Shown here piece after piece: positions 13,501 through 24,809 of a stretch of 64,000 nucleotides of DNA. Under the pieces are notes generated by a model. It saw nothing but the letters and a program-made list of their open reading frames with translations, ran no database searches and had not been told where the DNA came from. A program made the position numbers and the translations under genes. Source of the DNA: Antedon mediterranea (Eukaryota; Animalia; Echinodermata). Each line of letters opens with the position of its first letter. Within the stretch, counting starts at the first letter, position 1. The stretch spans positions 18,122,871 to 18,186,870 of the forward strand of contig NC_092676.1 of NCBI RefSeq assembly GCF_964355755.1, in the 5' to 3' direction.

Positions 13501-16306
13501 TCGTAAATCGCAGCTTTTTACTTTGATACCAAGGTTAGTTGTCACTTAGGCCTAGTGAAAATTGAGGTTGGCCGACCCGCTATAGCTTTATATATGACGG
13601 GTTAGCTGGTAAAGGGAAGGAACACGGCATGTAAACCTATTGCAAAGTACTAGACATCTATTAGAGGCCTAAATACTTTGAACTGTGTTCTGTTTCTATA
13701 AACCTGTTGCAAAGTACTAGACATCAATTAGAGGCTAAAATACTTTGAACTGTGTTCTGTTTCTATAAACCTATTGCAAAGTACTAGACATCTATTAGAG
13801 ACTAAAATACTTTGAACTGTGTTCTGTTTCTATAAACCTGTTGCAAAGTACTAGACATCAATTAGAGGCTAAAATACTTTGAACTGTGTTCTGTTTCTAT
13901 AAACCTGTTGTAAAGTACTAGACATCTATTAGAGGCCTAAATACTTTGAACTGTGTTCTGTTTCTACAAACCTGTTGCAAAGTACTAGACATCTATTAGA
14001 GGCTAAAATACTTTGAACTGTGTTCTGTTTCTATAAACCTGTTGTAAAGTACTAGACATCTATTAGAGGCCTAAATACTTTGAACTGTGTTCTGTTTCTA
14101 CAAACCTGTTGCAAAGTACTAGACATCAATTAGAGGCTAAAATACTTTGAACTGTGTTCTGTTTCTATAAACCTATTGCAAAGTACTAGACATCAATTAG
14201 AGGCTAAAATACTTTGAACTGTGTTCTGTTTCTATAAACCTATTGCAAAGTACTAGACATCTATTAGAGACTAAAATACTTTGAACTGTGTTCTGTTTCT
14301 ATAAACCTGTTGCAAAGTACTAGACATCAATTAGAGGCTAAAATACTTTGAACTGTGTTCTGTTTCTATAAACCTATTGCAAAGTACTAGACATCTATTA
14401 GAGACTAAAATACTTTGAACTGTGTTCTGTTTCTATAAACCTATTGCAAAGTACTAGACATCTATTAGAGGCTAAAATACTTTGAACTGTGTTCTGTTTC
14501 TATAAACCTGTTGCAAAGTACTAGACATCAATTAGAGGCTAAAATACTTTGAACTGTGTTCTGTTTCTATAAACCTGTTGCAAAGTACTAGACATCAATT
14601 AGAGGCTAAAATACTTTGAACTGTGTTCTGTTTCTATAAACCTGTTGCAAAGTACTAGACATCTATTAGAGGCCTAAATACTTTGAACTGTGTTCTGTTT
14701 CTATAAACCTGTTGCAAAGTACTAGACATCAATTAGAGGCTAAAATACTTTGAACTGTGTTCTGTTTCTATAAACCTGTTGCAAAGTACTAGACATCAAT
14801 TAGAGGCTAAAATACTTTGAACTGTGTTCTGTTTCTATAAACCTATTGCAAAGTACTAGACATCTATTAGAGACTAAAATACTTTGAACTGTGTTCTGTT
14901 TCTATAAACCTGTTGCAAAGTACTAGACATCAATTAGAGGCTAAAATACTTTGAACTGTGTTCTGTTTCTATAAACCTATTGCAAAGTACTAGACATCAA
15001 TTAGAGGCCTAAATACTTTGAACTGTGTTCTGTTTCTATAAACCTATTGCAAAGTACTAGACATCTATTAGAGGCTAAAATACTTTGAACTGTGTTCTGT
15101 TTCTATAAACCTGTTGTAAAGTACTAGACATCTATTAGAGGCTAAAATACTTTGAACTGTGTTCTGTTTCTATAAACCAAAGTGATTAAAGCACTTGACA
15201 CAACCAACAATCAAGCACACAAAATTCACTAAATATTAAACTATTTCAAAAGATTGATTGTAAAATTTACTTTTTTTAAATTTAATTTATGAATGTTAGT
15301 ACTAGGAGTGTCAAGAATCATTAACATTGTATACTTACATGCGTTCTAAAGGCTTATACTTATTCATCTTAATGATCAATGCTGCTATGTCACTCCATGG
15401 CACTGTTTTCTTCACACACTTGATGTCAAAATAATTGTATTCATCTCTTCCATAACATATGCAATCAATTGGACATTCTGAGGTTAAAATACAAATGTTA
15501 GATAAATATTTAAAAAAAATAGAACTTTACATAAGCATAGGGATGGTATTGTCCTGATTATGATAGATACGCCCTCCACAAGATGTGTATTTCATCTTTC
15601 TGGTTTTGTACTTTCTTCTTTCTAATTTTTTTATATATTATATATTGTTTGAATTGATGGAAGCCAAAGTGAACCATGTTATATATCAAGTAACACAAGT
15701 AGACACTTAAGATATTAGATGGAGAAATGTCAATTGAGATGTTAATAACATTCTTGCATTAACAATGCTATTTTTATCTAAAAGACATTCTGATCACCTG
15801 ATTGGCCATAGAAACAGAAATTTAGCACAAAAAAAAAACCGAACAATTTTGAAGTGAAATCGTCATACAGTAGATAATCAGACACAATACAACAGAAAAA
15901 AAATCATTTGAATATATCATTACATTTTAAATACATATTTTTTATTTTTGCTATGTTTTATTTATTCAGTTGAACATTCCGTGGATACCTTATACTGTAT
16001 GCCAGTATAAAGGAAGTGTAGGTCAAAATGAAGTATAGGTTGGAGACAGCATTAAACGACTTTTAGATAGCAGTTAGGGATTTAGAAGTAAATATCAGTC
16101 ATTAAATTGTATTAAAAGTTAGTAATAGAACCATGAAAGAAACTAGTCATTAAATACCAGCATTAAGCAAGTATAAGGTTCATTAAACTTACTGATTTCA
16201 CAATGAAAACCAACATATTTATCAGGACAAACACATGTATCATTTGACATGTGACATGTACCTCCATTCTGACATGGATTGCTGTTACACATAGTATCAT
16301 CAGTTC
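1578..16306 (-). CDS. Partial multi-exon gene encoding an EGF domain + LRR N-terminal cap + leucine-rich repeats (extracellular or receptor protein; LGR/GRL101-like GPCR ectodomain possible); continues left of the window
   Basis: Four phase-compatible GT-AG exons. 16306-16193 (114 bp): EGF CNSNPCQNGGTCHMSNDTCVCPDKYVGFHCE. 15477-15339 (139 bp): KCPIDCICYGRDEYNYFDIKCVKK... LRRNT. 5291-5220 (72 bp): WLQEYDERVLNIFKANNLSSLQG. 1649-1578 (72 bp): WLNNNQISNLPTNIFHELINVQS. The 72-bp phase-2 exons are typical of LRR genes, and the junction LQGIWLNNNQISNLP fits LxxLxLxxNxIxxLP. The signal-peptide exon was not identified. Confidence 0.8.
2078..3268 (-). mobile_element. Non-autonomous Helitron-like element
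   Basis: The minus strand reads ccgtgcggaacacggg-ttactg-CTAG|T (GC hairpin followed by CTAG) ending at 2078. A candidate A|TC 5' end at 3268 is uncertain. There is an internal diverged duplication (~2240-2295 vs ~2888-2955). Confidence 0.55.
2695..2773 (+). other. tRNA-like Pol III promoter cassette (A box, B box, oligo-T); pseudo-tRNA or SINE head
   Basis: TAGTCGAGTGG (2701-2711), GGTTCGAATCC (2745-2755) and TTTTT (2769-2773). The acceptor stem does not pair, so it is not a functional tRNA. Confidence 0.55.
4321..5168. mobile_element. Short TIR element (aagatgtattgtccc...gggacaacatatctt) interrupted by a TA-MITE
   Basis: Imperfect ~15-bp inverted termini; related decayed sequence at ~11411-11632 and ~24330-24560. 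Confidence 0.5.
4378..4907. mobile_element. Tc1/mariner-type MITE (530 bp, TA TSD)
   Basis: TA|ctgtaaagcccaaaatgtttgcg ... cgcgaacattttgggctatacag|TA; 23-bp TIR with 2 mismatches. Confidence 0.85.
5916..9138. mobile_element. Non-autonomous hAT-like (hAT5-type) DNA transposon, 3.2 kb, 5-bp TSD TGATT
   Basis: tgatt|cagggctgcaaattaa ... ttaatttgcagccctg|tgatt; perfect 16-bp TIR; no transposase ORF. Confidence 0.85.
7785..8818. mobile_element. Nested non-autonomous hAT-like element, 1034 bp, 5-bp TSD TCTTG
   Basis: tcttg|caggcccgtagccagg ... cctggctacggccctg|tcttg; subterminal cgaacccc motifs and G/C runs. A decayed relative of its end lies at ~56500-56542. Confidence 0.85.
9748..11150. repeat. 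67-bp tandem satellite, left block (~21 copies)
   Basis: Unit gttgtaaagtactagacatctattagaggc(c/t)(t/a)aaatactttgaactgtgttctgtttctataaacct; period 67 (e.g. 9761, 9828). Confidence 0.97.
11151..13631. mobile_element. 2.5-kb non-coding composite TIR element inserted in the 67-bp satellite
   Basis: 25-bp TIR catgaggtgttccttccctttacca (11151-11175) / tggtaaagggaaggaacacggcatg (13607-13631) with 2 mismatches. The satellite register (...tcta|taaacc...) resumes across it. Confidence 0.8.
11807..11900 (+). repeat. 15-bp tandem repeat (gagacg[a/t]ttcg[t/g]ccc), ~6 copies; resembles subterminal repeats of a DNA transposon end
   Basis: gacgattcgtcccga x3, then gacgtttcggccc x2, preceded by ggcgtttcggcc. 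Confidence 0.8.
13632..15178. repeat. 67-bp tandem satellite, right block (~23 copies)
   Basis: Same unit as the left block with different variants (ttgcaaag, catcaatt, cctattg, gagactaa). Confidence 0.97.
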
Positions 16307-16997
16307 CTAACAAAATAAAACAAACTGTTAAAGTGAGAATTACACACACTATCTTTGATTATATTATTTCTATTCACCACAGCCTATACTCCATGTACAG
16401 TAAAAGAGGCAATCTCATTTTAATACTTAAATAGAAAGTAACTATGTTGAATACTCGGAATGAAAAGAAAATTATGAAGAAACCCAAAAAAGCTTAACTA
16501 AACTACTTGATTTGTAAAGGTAATCATTTAAAAAAAGGAAATTGTACAATTCATTTCCAAATAACAAAATAAAATGCTATACAAAATAATAAATATATTT
16601 GATTGGAGACTAAAGTTTTAAGGGGATTCACCAATTAGAAATCTTTTTACCATTTATTTACGGTAGTCCAGTACAAATTCTGCATTTACTACAAAGACAT
16701 AAAAAGTAATGACTACATAATAGACATGCATGTTATTTCTTAGTTATGGGACCTACAGATAATATGGTCAAACAAAACCTGCTAACCACTAACTTTGAAA
16801 ATTAGGTTTTTCCCTAAATCTGTATAATACCATCTTTCAGTTTAAATGTTAAAACGTTAAAAAAACTTGTTCTTAAACAGTGAATCAATCCTACTGCTGC
16901 TACACAATCAAAATAAATGAATCATACCATTTGTGGAACAACTACACAATTTGAATCCAACAAAAATTATAATGCACTGCAAGGTAAACATTTTATC

Positions 16998-17250
16998 AAA
17001 ATCCTATAAAACTCGTAATAGAAATCTTGTAGAAAACGTAATAGAAATCCTGTACAACTCGTAATAAAAATCCCACACAAATCGTAATAGAAATCCCGTA
17101 CAAATCTTAATAGAAATCCTCTACAAATCTTAATAGAAATCTCACAAAAATCGTAATAGAAATCCCGCACAAATCGTAATAGAAATCCCACACAAATCGT
17201 AATAGAAATCCTGCACAAATCGTAATAGAAATCCCACACAAATCGTAATA
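16998..17250. repeat. 23-bp minisatellite (~11 copies)
   Basis: Unit aaatcgtaatagaaatcccacac, period 23 (17015, 17038...); it accounts for the spurious 132-aa ORF. Confidence 0.9.
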
Positions 17251-19074
17251 TAACCTTTAATTCAATGATTTGGTTTAATGCGAGATACATTATTGGAAAA
17301 GATACTTCATCAATTTTTAATAGTAAACTTTTTAAAAATTTAAGTAAATCACGACACCAGACCATTTGTCCTTAATAAACAGGATATGATGATCTTGGTG
17401 GATGTCAGAATATCTTCATCAATATGGTATTTGTTTATTAATTCATTTTAACATTTCCTCCATTTGTGTAACAACAAAACTATAGGTTTAAAAAAAAAGA
17501 CATTTTAAAGTTGAACAAAATAATAATTTATCTTTAAAATCAAATACTGTTAAATACTACAGTAGTTGTGTATTTATAAGTCCAGACGCATGCCTCGCAA
17601 AATCAAGAAGAAATTCACTACAAGTGACCAAGATATTGTTGCCCTCTCAATTTTTTTAATATGGCAGCCAAAATGATAAAAAATCGAATAGAGACTGTAT
17701 GAGACTTGTATTGCACAACTGATGCGAACCATTGTTAAAAAGGTTTTTTTAGGTTTTACTTATTTTCCCATCGGGACTGACCATTTTTAAGTTGCCCTAA
17801 CAAAGAAAAGAAACAAGGAGTTATCCGCCAAGGTGCTGATAACTATAAAAAAATATAAATTTACATTCATACATACAAGAAACATTAGAAATTTATTTGT
17901 CTTGATTATGGTTGGTCCTGTTTCTGCTACAAAAATATAACAGTTAATAACCGTGTGAATAAATGAACCCAAATTTGGCAGCAGAATATTAAATGGCAGC
18001 GTGAAAATAATGGTTAAAAACAACAACAACTGCAACAAAAAATAACGGTTATTTGATTGACAGCCGTAGTATCTCAATTGTTTGACCACCTGGTTGCATT
18101 GTAATTGGGTAAAAAAATGCTTTTAAATAAACGGTTTATTCAAAAGAAAGAAACAGGCCCCAAGTGTATTAGTGGAAGCAAAGCGAACCATGTTATTTAT
18201 CAGTTAACATAACACTGAAGATATTATAAAATAGAGAATTGTCAATTGAGATTCTTGCATTAATAATATTTTTGGTTGCCCTGGGACTGAAGGTAACGGA
18301 TTCTGCGAGCTTAAAGAGGATCAGATCCAATCTGTCTGTTACCCTCAGTGGCATATTGGTAATTTTTGTGGTGCAGTGCGAGATTCTAAAACTTGGCCAA
18401 ATGTGCTTGTTGGTATTATTTTCTATTTTTCTACAGGTTCTGGATTCAAACTTTGTTTTTGATTCAAAGCTTTTTATTTAAATACTCCTGATGTATTGAT
18501 GCAACAAATTTCAAATGTGTTTGTCAATATATTCTGTGTATTTAAACCAAATAAGATAGTCAATCAGACTGCTGGTAATAAAACTGAAACTGACAAAAAC
18601 GCAACAAACATCAATCATATTGATGTGATCATAACACATTTTTCAACTTGGAAAAAATGAAATGTCAGAGTGCTATAATAATACATCAAGCCATAGAGGA
18701 CGCTATGAAAAACCTAAATATATTGTCATCTATAATTGTAAACATAGGTAGTCAGGCGTGCCAAAGGAATCCTTTCACTTAAATATTAAACGCATGAATC
18801 GATAAACACGGACCGATATGTAGTATGTTTTCTATTCAATTATAATAATATCTAGAGCAGTATTATAAATTATAATTATTATTATTTATCGGGAGGAATT
18901 GCATTTTAACGGGAGATGACCTAAAATATCGGGAGACTCGGACCGTCATTTTAGGGAGTTAGGTGGTAGTCTGAAAATAGAAATAAATAGACAAATTTTT
19001 CATTTTCTATGGAACAAAACTTTACGATTATTATTCCTAAATGGTTCAACCCTCTCCTTCCTGGCTATAGTATT

Positions 19075-19323
19075 AGGGACTTTACGAAACATGACGGGAA
19101 GCCACAGGATGGTGCTCATGACTAATTTATGCAAGAGCTTTAACAAAGTTGGCGGAGCGAGACAGGGGAGGATGAGAGATACTGTCGGTCGTCGTGACGT
19201 CTTTGCGCACGAGTGTGTAACTAATAAAAGGCTATGTTGACTGTATGATTTTACGCTATAGTATAGCGAACACAGGATAATCGTCGTCCTCCCCTTTTTA
19301 ACTGTCATGTTTCGAAAGTCCCT
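19075..19323. mobile_element. MITE (~250 bp) with AGGGAC termini and apparent 3-bp ATT TSD
   Basis: att|agggactttacgaaacatgac ... gtcatgtttcgaaagtccct|att. Confidence 0.75.
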
Positions 19324-20479
19324 ATTATTATTAGTCCCCAGTAAAAGGAATTGTAAACCGAGCCTTCACAAACCGTAGGCCTACCAGACTAGGCCTAACT
19401 AGGTCAAAAATTGCTATTAGTATTAAAATAGACATTATTGGGCCTACCTAGCTAGGCCATAAAATGTAACCAATTTCAAACGTCTAAATAAAGGCATGGC
19501 TCACTGTTTTGCCTAGGCCTGTGATTCTAGCTTATGCCTAATTAGGCCTAGCCTAGTCAGGTACTGTAGGGCCTGAGAGAGGCCTTCTACTACGGCCTAC
19601 TAGCTAGGCATTATATAGGCCTATTCTATAGGCCTAATACTTAGCCTAGCTGCGTAGCATCTACCAGCAGAGACTCTATTTAGGCTAGGGCCTAACCCTA
19701 CTAAAAGCACAGGCCTAGGCAAAAAGTGGAGAGCCTATGCCTTTAAACTGGAGTACGGTACCTGAACTTACAACAAGAAAACTTAAAAGGAGATTGACTA
19801 TAGGCCTACTTAAATAATTCTGAAAGGTTTTAAAGATATGAATTGTAACACGTGTTACTGTTAGTCATCATTTTCAAATAATTGTAATATCGCCCTCAAC
19901 TTTTAATGTGTCGTAAACTTTTTAAATGAATGCATGATGACTGAATGTGGTAGAAAAAGACACATTTTAAATGATTACAATAAAAATTAAGTAGGTCAAA
20001 AAAATGGCCGCATGTTTGTGGCGTCAGGCTATATTTACTTTTAGCAGGCTCTGGTTAATTTATTAATAATAACTAGCCTTGTGTACTGTCTATTAATAGC
20101 AAATAATTATCAACAGGTGTGATTTTGATTATTATTTCAGATCCCAAAATGTTCGACTCCATTGTGTTTTAATTTTACATGTTTTAAGTGCATCCACTGA
20201 TAGTAATGACAAAAGCAGATACGTAATGGAAGACGAGATCGAATGAAGTATTGCTTTATCCTTCTATTGGTGATCGATACATGTCATGTCATGACATACA
20301 GTACACCACGTGTTGAATCATAAAACACGAAGGAAGAATCGACGAATCAGTTTTCAGCTTATAGCTGATTGGTCCGCCCAAAGATAGTAACTTTATCGAT
20401 TGGCGGTGAACAACAGGCTTGTTATGTCTACAACCTATCCATCTGACTGCATAATTATTATTTTATCCACAAAATTGCA

Positions 20480-21058
20480 ATTTTCTCAATTAATAGTCGC
20501 AACACTTTGAACGTCCTACTTACGCCTTCATCTTCCTTCTTTGGCTTCTCGGATTGATTTCCAAACTATTATCTTTGTTGTCAAATGTTTATACACTATT
20601 ATTGATCTCGATGTTTCTTCTTTTTTTTCTCCTATTTCTCGTCACAAATTTGATCTTCTATTCAGGCCACCCTTTGCTCAAACTGTCTGTTTTTAATCTT
20701 CACTCTTTCCTAGATTCTGTAAACTTTGGAATGGTCTTCCCTCTGAATTAAGTGAGCTTGCTCTCCTTGGCAGGTTTCGAGAATTCGAGACTACTGTAGT
20801 CTTTGCCAACACTTTTTTCTTTTGATTTTACCTGGTCCCTGCTGTTTTTTTTTTTACATAATGTCTTTGATTTTTATTAATTTATTTTTTCTCGTCATTT
20901 ATTTTATATTTATATTATATTTTATTTATGTTAAAGGAAAGTCAGTGGTTGGGTTCGCTTGTGACAATCCTGGCTTTTTGTTCCATTATATATTTTTATG
21001 TTTTCTGTTGTAACTGTTATGAGCCGATATTGAATAAATCCAATAAAATAAAAAAAAA
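20480..21058 (+). mobile_element. Decayed 3' end of a CR1/L2-group LINE
   Basis: Frameshifted SF(F)PRFCKLWNGLPSELSELALLGRFRE (~20700-20785), typical of the CR1/L2 ORF2 C-terminus, followed by a T-rich UTR and an aataaa/A tail. The left boundary is approximate. Confidence 0.6.
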
Positions 21059-21406
21059 CCTTTCCGGCGTCACCTAGGCAATTCACTTGACATGTTTTTA
21101 AAAACGTTTAAATTATCCATAAAAACCCTTATAGTGGGGTTCTTTAGCTCTATAAAAATTTGGTCGATTCAAATTCAAATGTCTGATTCTTCAATACTCG
21201 TAAACCATACATCTTAGAAACACGAAAATAATGGCAAATGAAGTACTACTTTTTATTCATGTTTAGATAGAAACTTATGCACTTAACTCAATACTAATAG
21301 GAGTTATTTAAAAAGATCTGGACCTATTGTGCGAACCTTCAAAATGGAAAAAGATGCACTAATATGTTGACTGTGTTGACCTTTAGAGTATACGTTATTA
21401 CCCAGG

Positions 21407-21930
21407 TAGTCCGGTCCCTAAGGGGAAATGATGTTACCATAGTGGATACAAGTGTGCCCTTTGGCATGTTGATAGAACATGATATGGAGATACCAAAACA
21501 AAGTTACTTAAACAGCCATATCTCCGCAACGGGTTTGACAATTGAAGTGATATTGGTGTCAAATAGATCAGAGGGTACATATTTATATTCGCTCTAATAG
21601 AACTTTTTTTTTAAAAACGACCGGAAATGTAATTTCTCAACGTTTTGACCTTTGACCTCGGCTTACTATATCTCAATAACTACTGGTCAATTTGTTTCAA
21701 ATGGTTAAGAGCATACATATTTATATATACTCTAATTAAACATGTTCTTCCAAATTCACAGGAAATGTCATTTACTGACCTTTGACCTTTAATGTTTAAA
21801 TATGTCTGTATCTCTGTAACCAAATGTCATAAAAAGTTCAATTTCGTGTCAAATTGTTCAGAATGTAAACATTTATATTAGCTCTAATAGAAGATGTTAT
21901 CATATTTTTTACTGGAAATGCCAGTTTGAG
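21407..21930 (+). repeat. Dispersed repeat with tgacctttgacc motifs (copy A)
   Basis: Starts tagtccggtccctaagggg...gatgttacc; homologous to the inverted copy at ~25070-25668. Confidence 0.6.
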
Positions 21931-22157
21931 GTATGATCAGAATATACTGTTAAGCGTGCGTGTGTCATACTTATAATAATATACCTAAAATATAGATTTA
22001 ATGGACCAGAACTACATTCAATATCCTATTTAGTTTACCTTTTACAATTTTCTTAAAACTTAATGTTTAATTTAATTTCAATATATAATTCCATTGCATG
22101 GTAGGCCTACACCGTAAAGTTGAATAATATTTTTTTAAAATCCAGATCTTAAAGAGA

Positions 22158-23478
22158 CAGGGCTGAGCGAACCCACTTGCCCGACGCCCGGGACAAGTGG
22201 TTTTTACGGTCGGACAACCACATTTAACGTATCCTCTTGTCCGAGGACAAGCACTTTTGAAATTCAGGAAATTAAACTAAGAGCACAGAAAACCATGTGC
22301 CAACACAGTTAGCCATGTGCATTAATAAAAATAGCAGGCTTCTTCAAAGCACATTAAACCCAGTGCATTTAATACATCACTGATTGGTCAATGACCTGAG
22401 TCACATCATTATAGATTACACGATTTTCTATTTGGGGAGGTAATTAAAACATTTTTGGACCATGCAGTGGTTGAGACATAGGTTAACTGGGTAATTAAAA
22501 AAATGCCCAGTTAAAAAGAACCCCCGTAATTAATGGACTCTACCAGGTATTGTTGATCAAAAATACCATGCATCAAGATGGAAGCTGTATGCACGCGAGG
22601 AGGTGGTAGGCCCAGTATTTTAATTTTTCTCTGTACATCGTGCATGGAACGGACAATTGATACGTGATAAGTGGTTTCATAGGGAAAAGAATGTTTTTTA
22701 TAAATTTACCTGTGAAATGCAACAAGCTATTTTATTTAGTGAATTGGATAATAACAAAAACATCCTCTCTCCGTCCGTTGTAGAGTAGGAGGCCTAACTT
22801 CTAGAGTAAGGATGGCCTGGGTCCTGGAGGTATTTTTCTCTCTCTCCATGGTGACGGTCTAAGGCCTAGTGTCTGGATGGCAAGCTTTAATTAGTATTGG
22901 GCCTAGCCAGACCTACATTAATTCGGTATTATTTGTTAACTAATTATGCCTGGACAAAATAACAATTATTTAAAAAAATAATTTTAATTATGCCTGGACA
23001 AAATAAACATTATTTAAAAAAATAATTTAAATATACCTACTAATACTATCTAGCTAGCCGGCATAGCTACAGTAGGCAAAGATCAGTTCACATGTATGAC
23101 TAGGCTATGATACGTTTGTATATAATAGACACCACAGTTTTTTTGGTAATTCAATTCTTTTATTTTTTATTTACTAACTACTATTTATGAATTAGGCCTA
23201 CAGTACTCTACACACTGTTGTGTTAATAAAATAAAACCTAAAAATGACCGTTATTTTTATCAAAATATTGAGCAGGCTAAAAAAGTCTAGGCTAGGCCTA
23301 TAAACTGCTGAATTTTAAATAGACAATAAACACTTGCGTGACATTTATCGACACTTGTGTAATTTTTTGCCTATTGCGCAATAAAGAGGGACAAGTAAAT
23401 TTTTTTCTCGGACAAGTGAATTCCGTGCAGGTACTTGTCCGGGGACAAGTGAAAGAAATTGAAATTCCCTCACCCCTG
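22158..23478. mobile_element. Non-autonomous hAT-like element, 1321 bp, 5-bp TSD AGAGA
   Basis: agaga|cagggctgagcg ... ccctcacccctg|agaga; ggacaagt/acttgtcc subterminal repeats at both ends. Confidence 0.8.
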
Positions 23479-23559
23479 AGAGAGAAAAGAAGAATTAACC
23501 AATGCGATTTGATACTCTTAAAACACATAACCTAATTATCAATTCATTGCTTGAAGTAT

Positions 23560-24180
23560 GTTGAACAAATGAAATGTTGAAAACAGTGAGGAAAAAGCGA
23601 AGAAAAAGAGTGAAAAATAAAAACATATGTTTGAAATATTAGAAATCTGAAAAGGATCAATGACAAATTAATTACAAAGCTGATTTCTTTTCAAGAACAT
23701 ACTGTAGTGGAATATAAAAGGAAAACGAACCAGTGAGCAGTCAAAAAAATTACCATCTATTCTTGTAGAGAAAATGAAAGAGGCTTTAAGGCAAATGCAA
23801 GAAAACAAAGCTCCAACACTGATGATGAAGCTTGATGAGGCAATAACACATCCAGCTCATAACACTATACAACAACATCTTTGAAACCAGAAGAAATGAA
23901 GAGAAGCAATGATATACTTTTAAACACAAAAACATGACAAAACTGACATCAACCATTACCGACCAAACGAACATTATCACATGTACACAAATATTTTACA
24001 AAATCAATCAAAACAAAATCAGAGACTGACTAGAAGTACATAAACTAATATATATGGCTTCATACAGTAGGACCATCTTATACAGTTTGTCAATCAACTA
24101 AAATAAAAAGGAAGAGAATATCACCAAATCTTTGATTTAGAGATTATCAGAAAGCATTTGACTCAATAAAACAGGCATTA
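23560..24180 (+). mobile_element. Decayed RTE-like LINE reverse-transcriptase fragment
   Basis: Broken motifs MKEALRQMQENKAP (~23774) and DYQKAFDSIKQ (~24142); many stops and frameshifts. Confidence 0.55.
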
Positions 24181-24809
24181 CCATTATTAGAGGGAATAAT
24201 TATACCTCAACAAATATTGATTACGATCGTTAAAAGAGTAGTTAAGGAAGATTAGTAAGACAAGGCGACACTTGAGATCTTCACTGCATTTGAAGAGGTG
24301 TTTAATCAAAGGGCTAATCTAAAAAATAGAGTAAATATCACTTTAAAGACAAAATAAACAGTTAATTTAACCAAAACCACATTGACTTCCAGCCTATTTT
24401 TTTGCTTTGAATTACAGTTTTTTGGGTATGCACTATATAATTTTTTTTCAATCCAATTATGGGTGAAATAGTGAATAACTATTATGTGTGACATTAAAAT
24501 TGCATATTCAACAAAAATATTTGTCAAAATTACTTTGTCAGGGGAAAATAAGTATATCTATAATAGCCTGTGATACTATTAGCAAATATTTCAAATTTAG
24601 TTTTGAAACTTTCCCATTACAAACAATTGCCATAATTCTGATAACATTACAATACACCCATCCTCTGGGACTTATTTTCAAATGTAGCTAAAAACTTTCC
24701 AGTACAATTCCGGCCATTTTGATGTGTATAGATGCATGCAGTAGCATTGGAAAAGCGAGAGAGGGGGAGGTGGTTGGGGTAATGGAAAGACACATATTTT
24801 TTACATATT

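Noticed and set aside
9748-15178. CRISPR-like array
   Set aside because: Units are head-to-tail with no unique spacers, there are no cas genes, and the context is a eukaryotic intron.
16967-17365. 132-aa Cys/Phe/Tyr-rich ORF
   Set aside because: Translation of the 23-bp minisatellite.
19762-19850. Signal-peptide coding exon for the LRR gene
   Set aside because: The hydrophobic frame (PIVNLLLSFLVVSS, phase 1) has no upstream in-frame ATG before a stop; it may be a UTR exon but cannot be called CDS.
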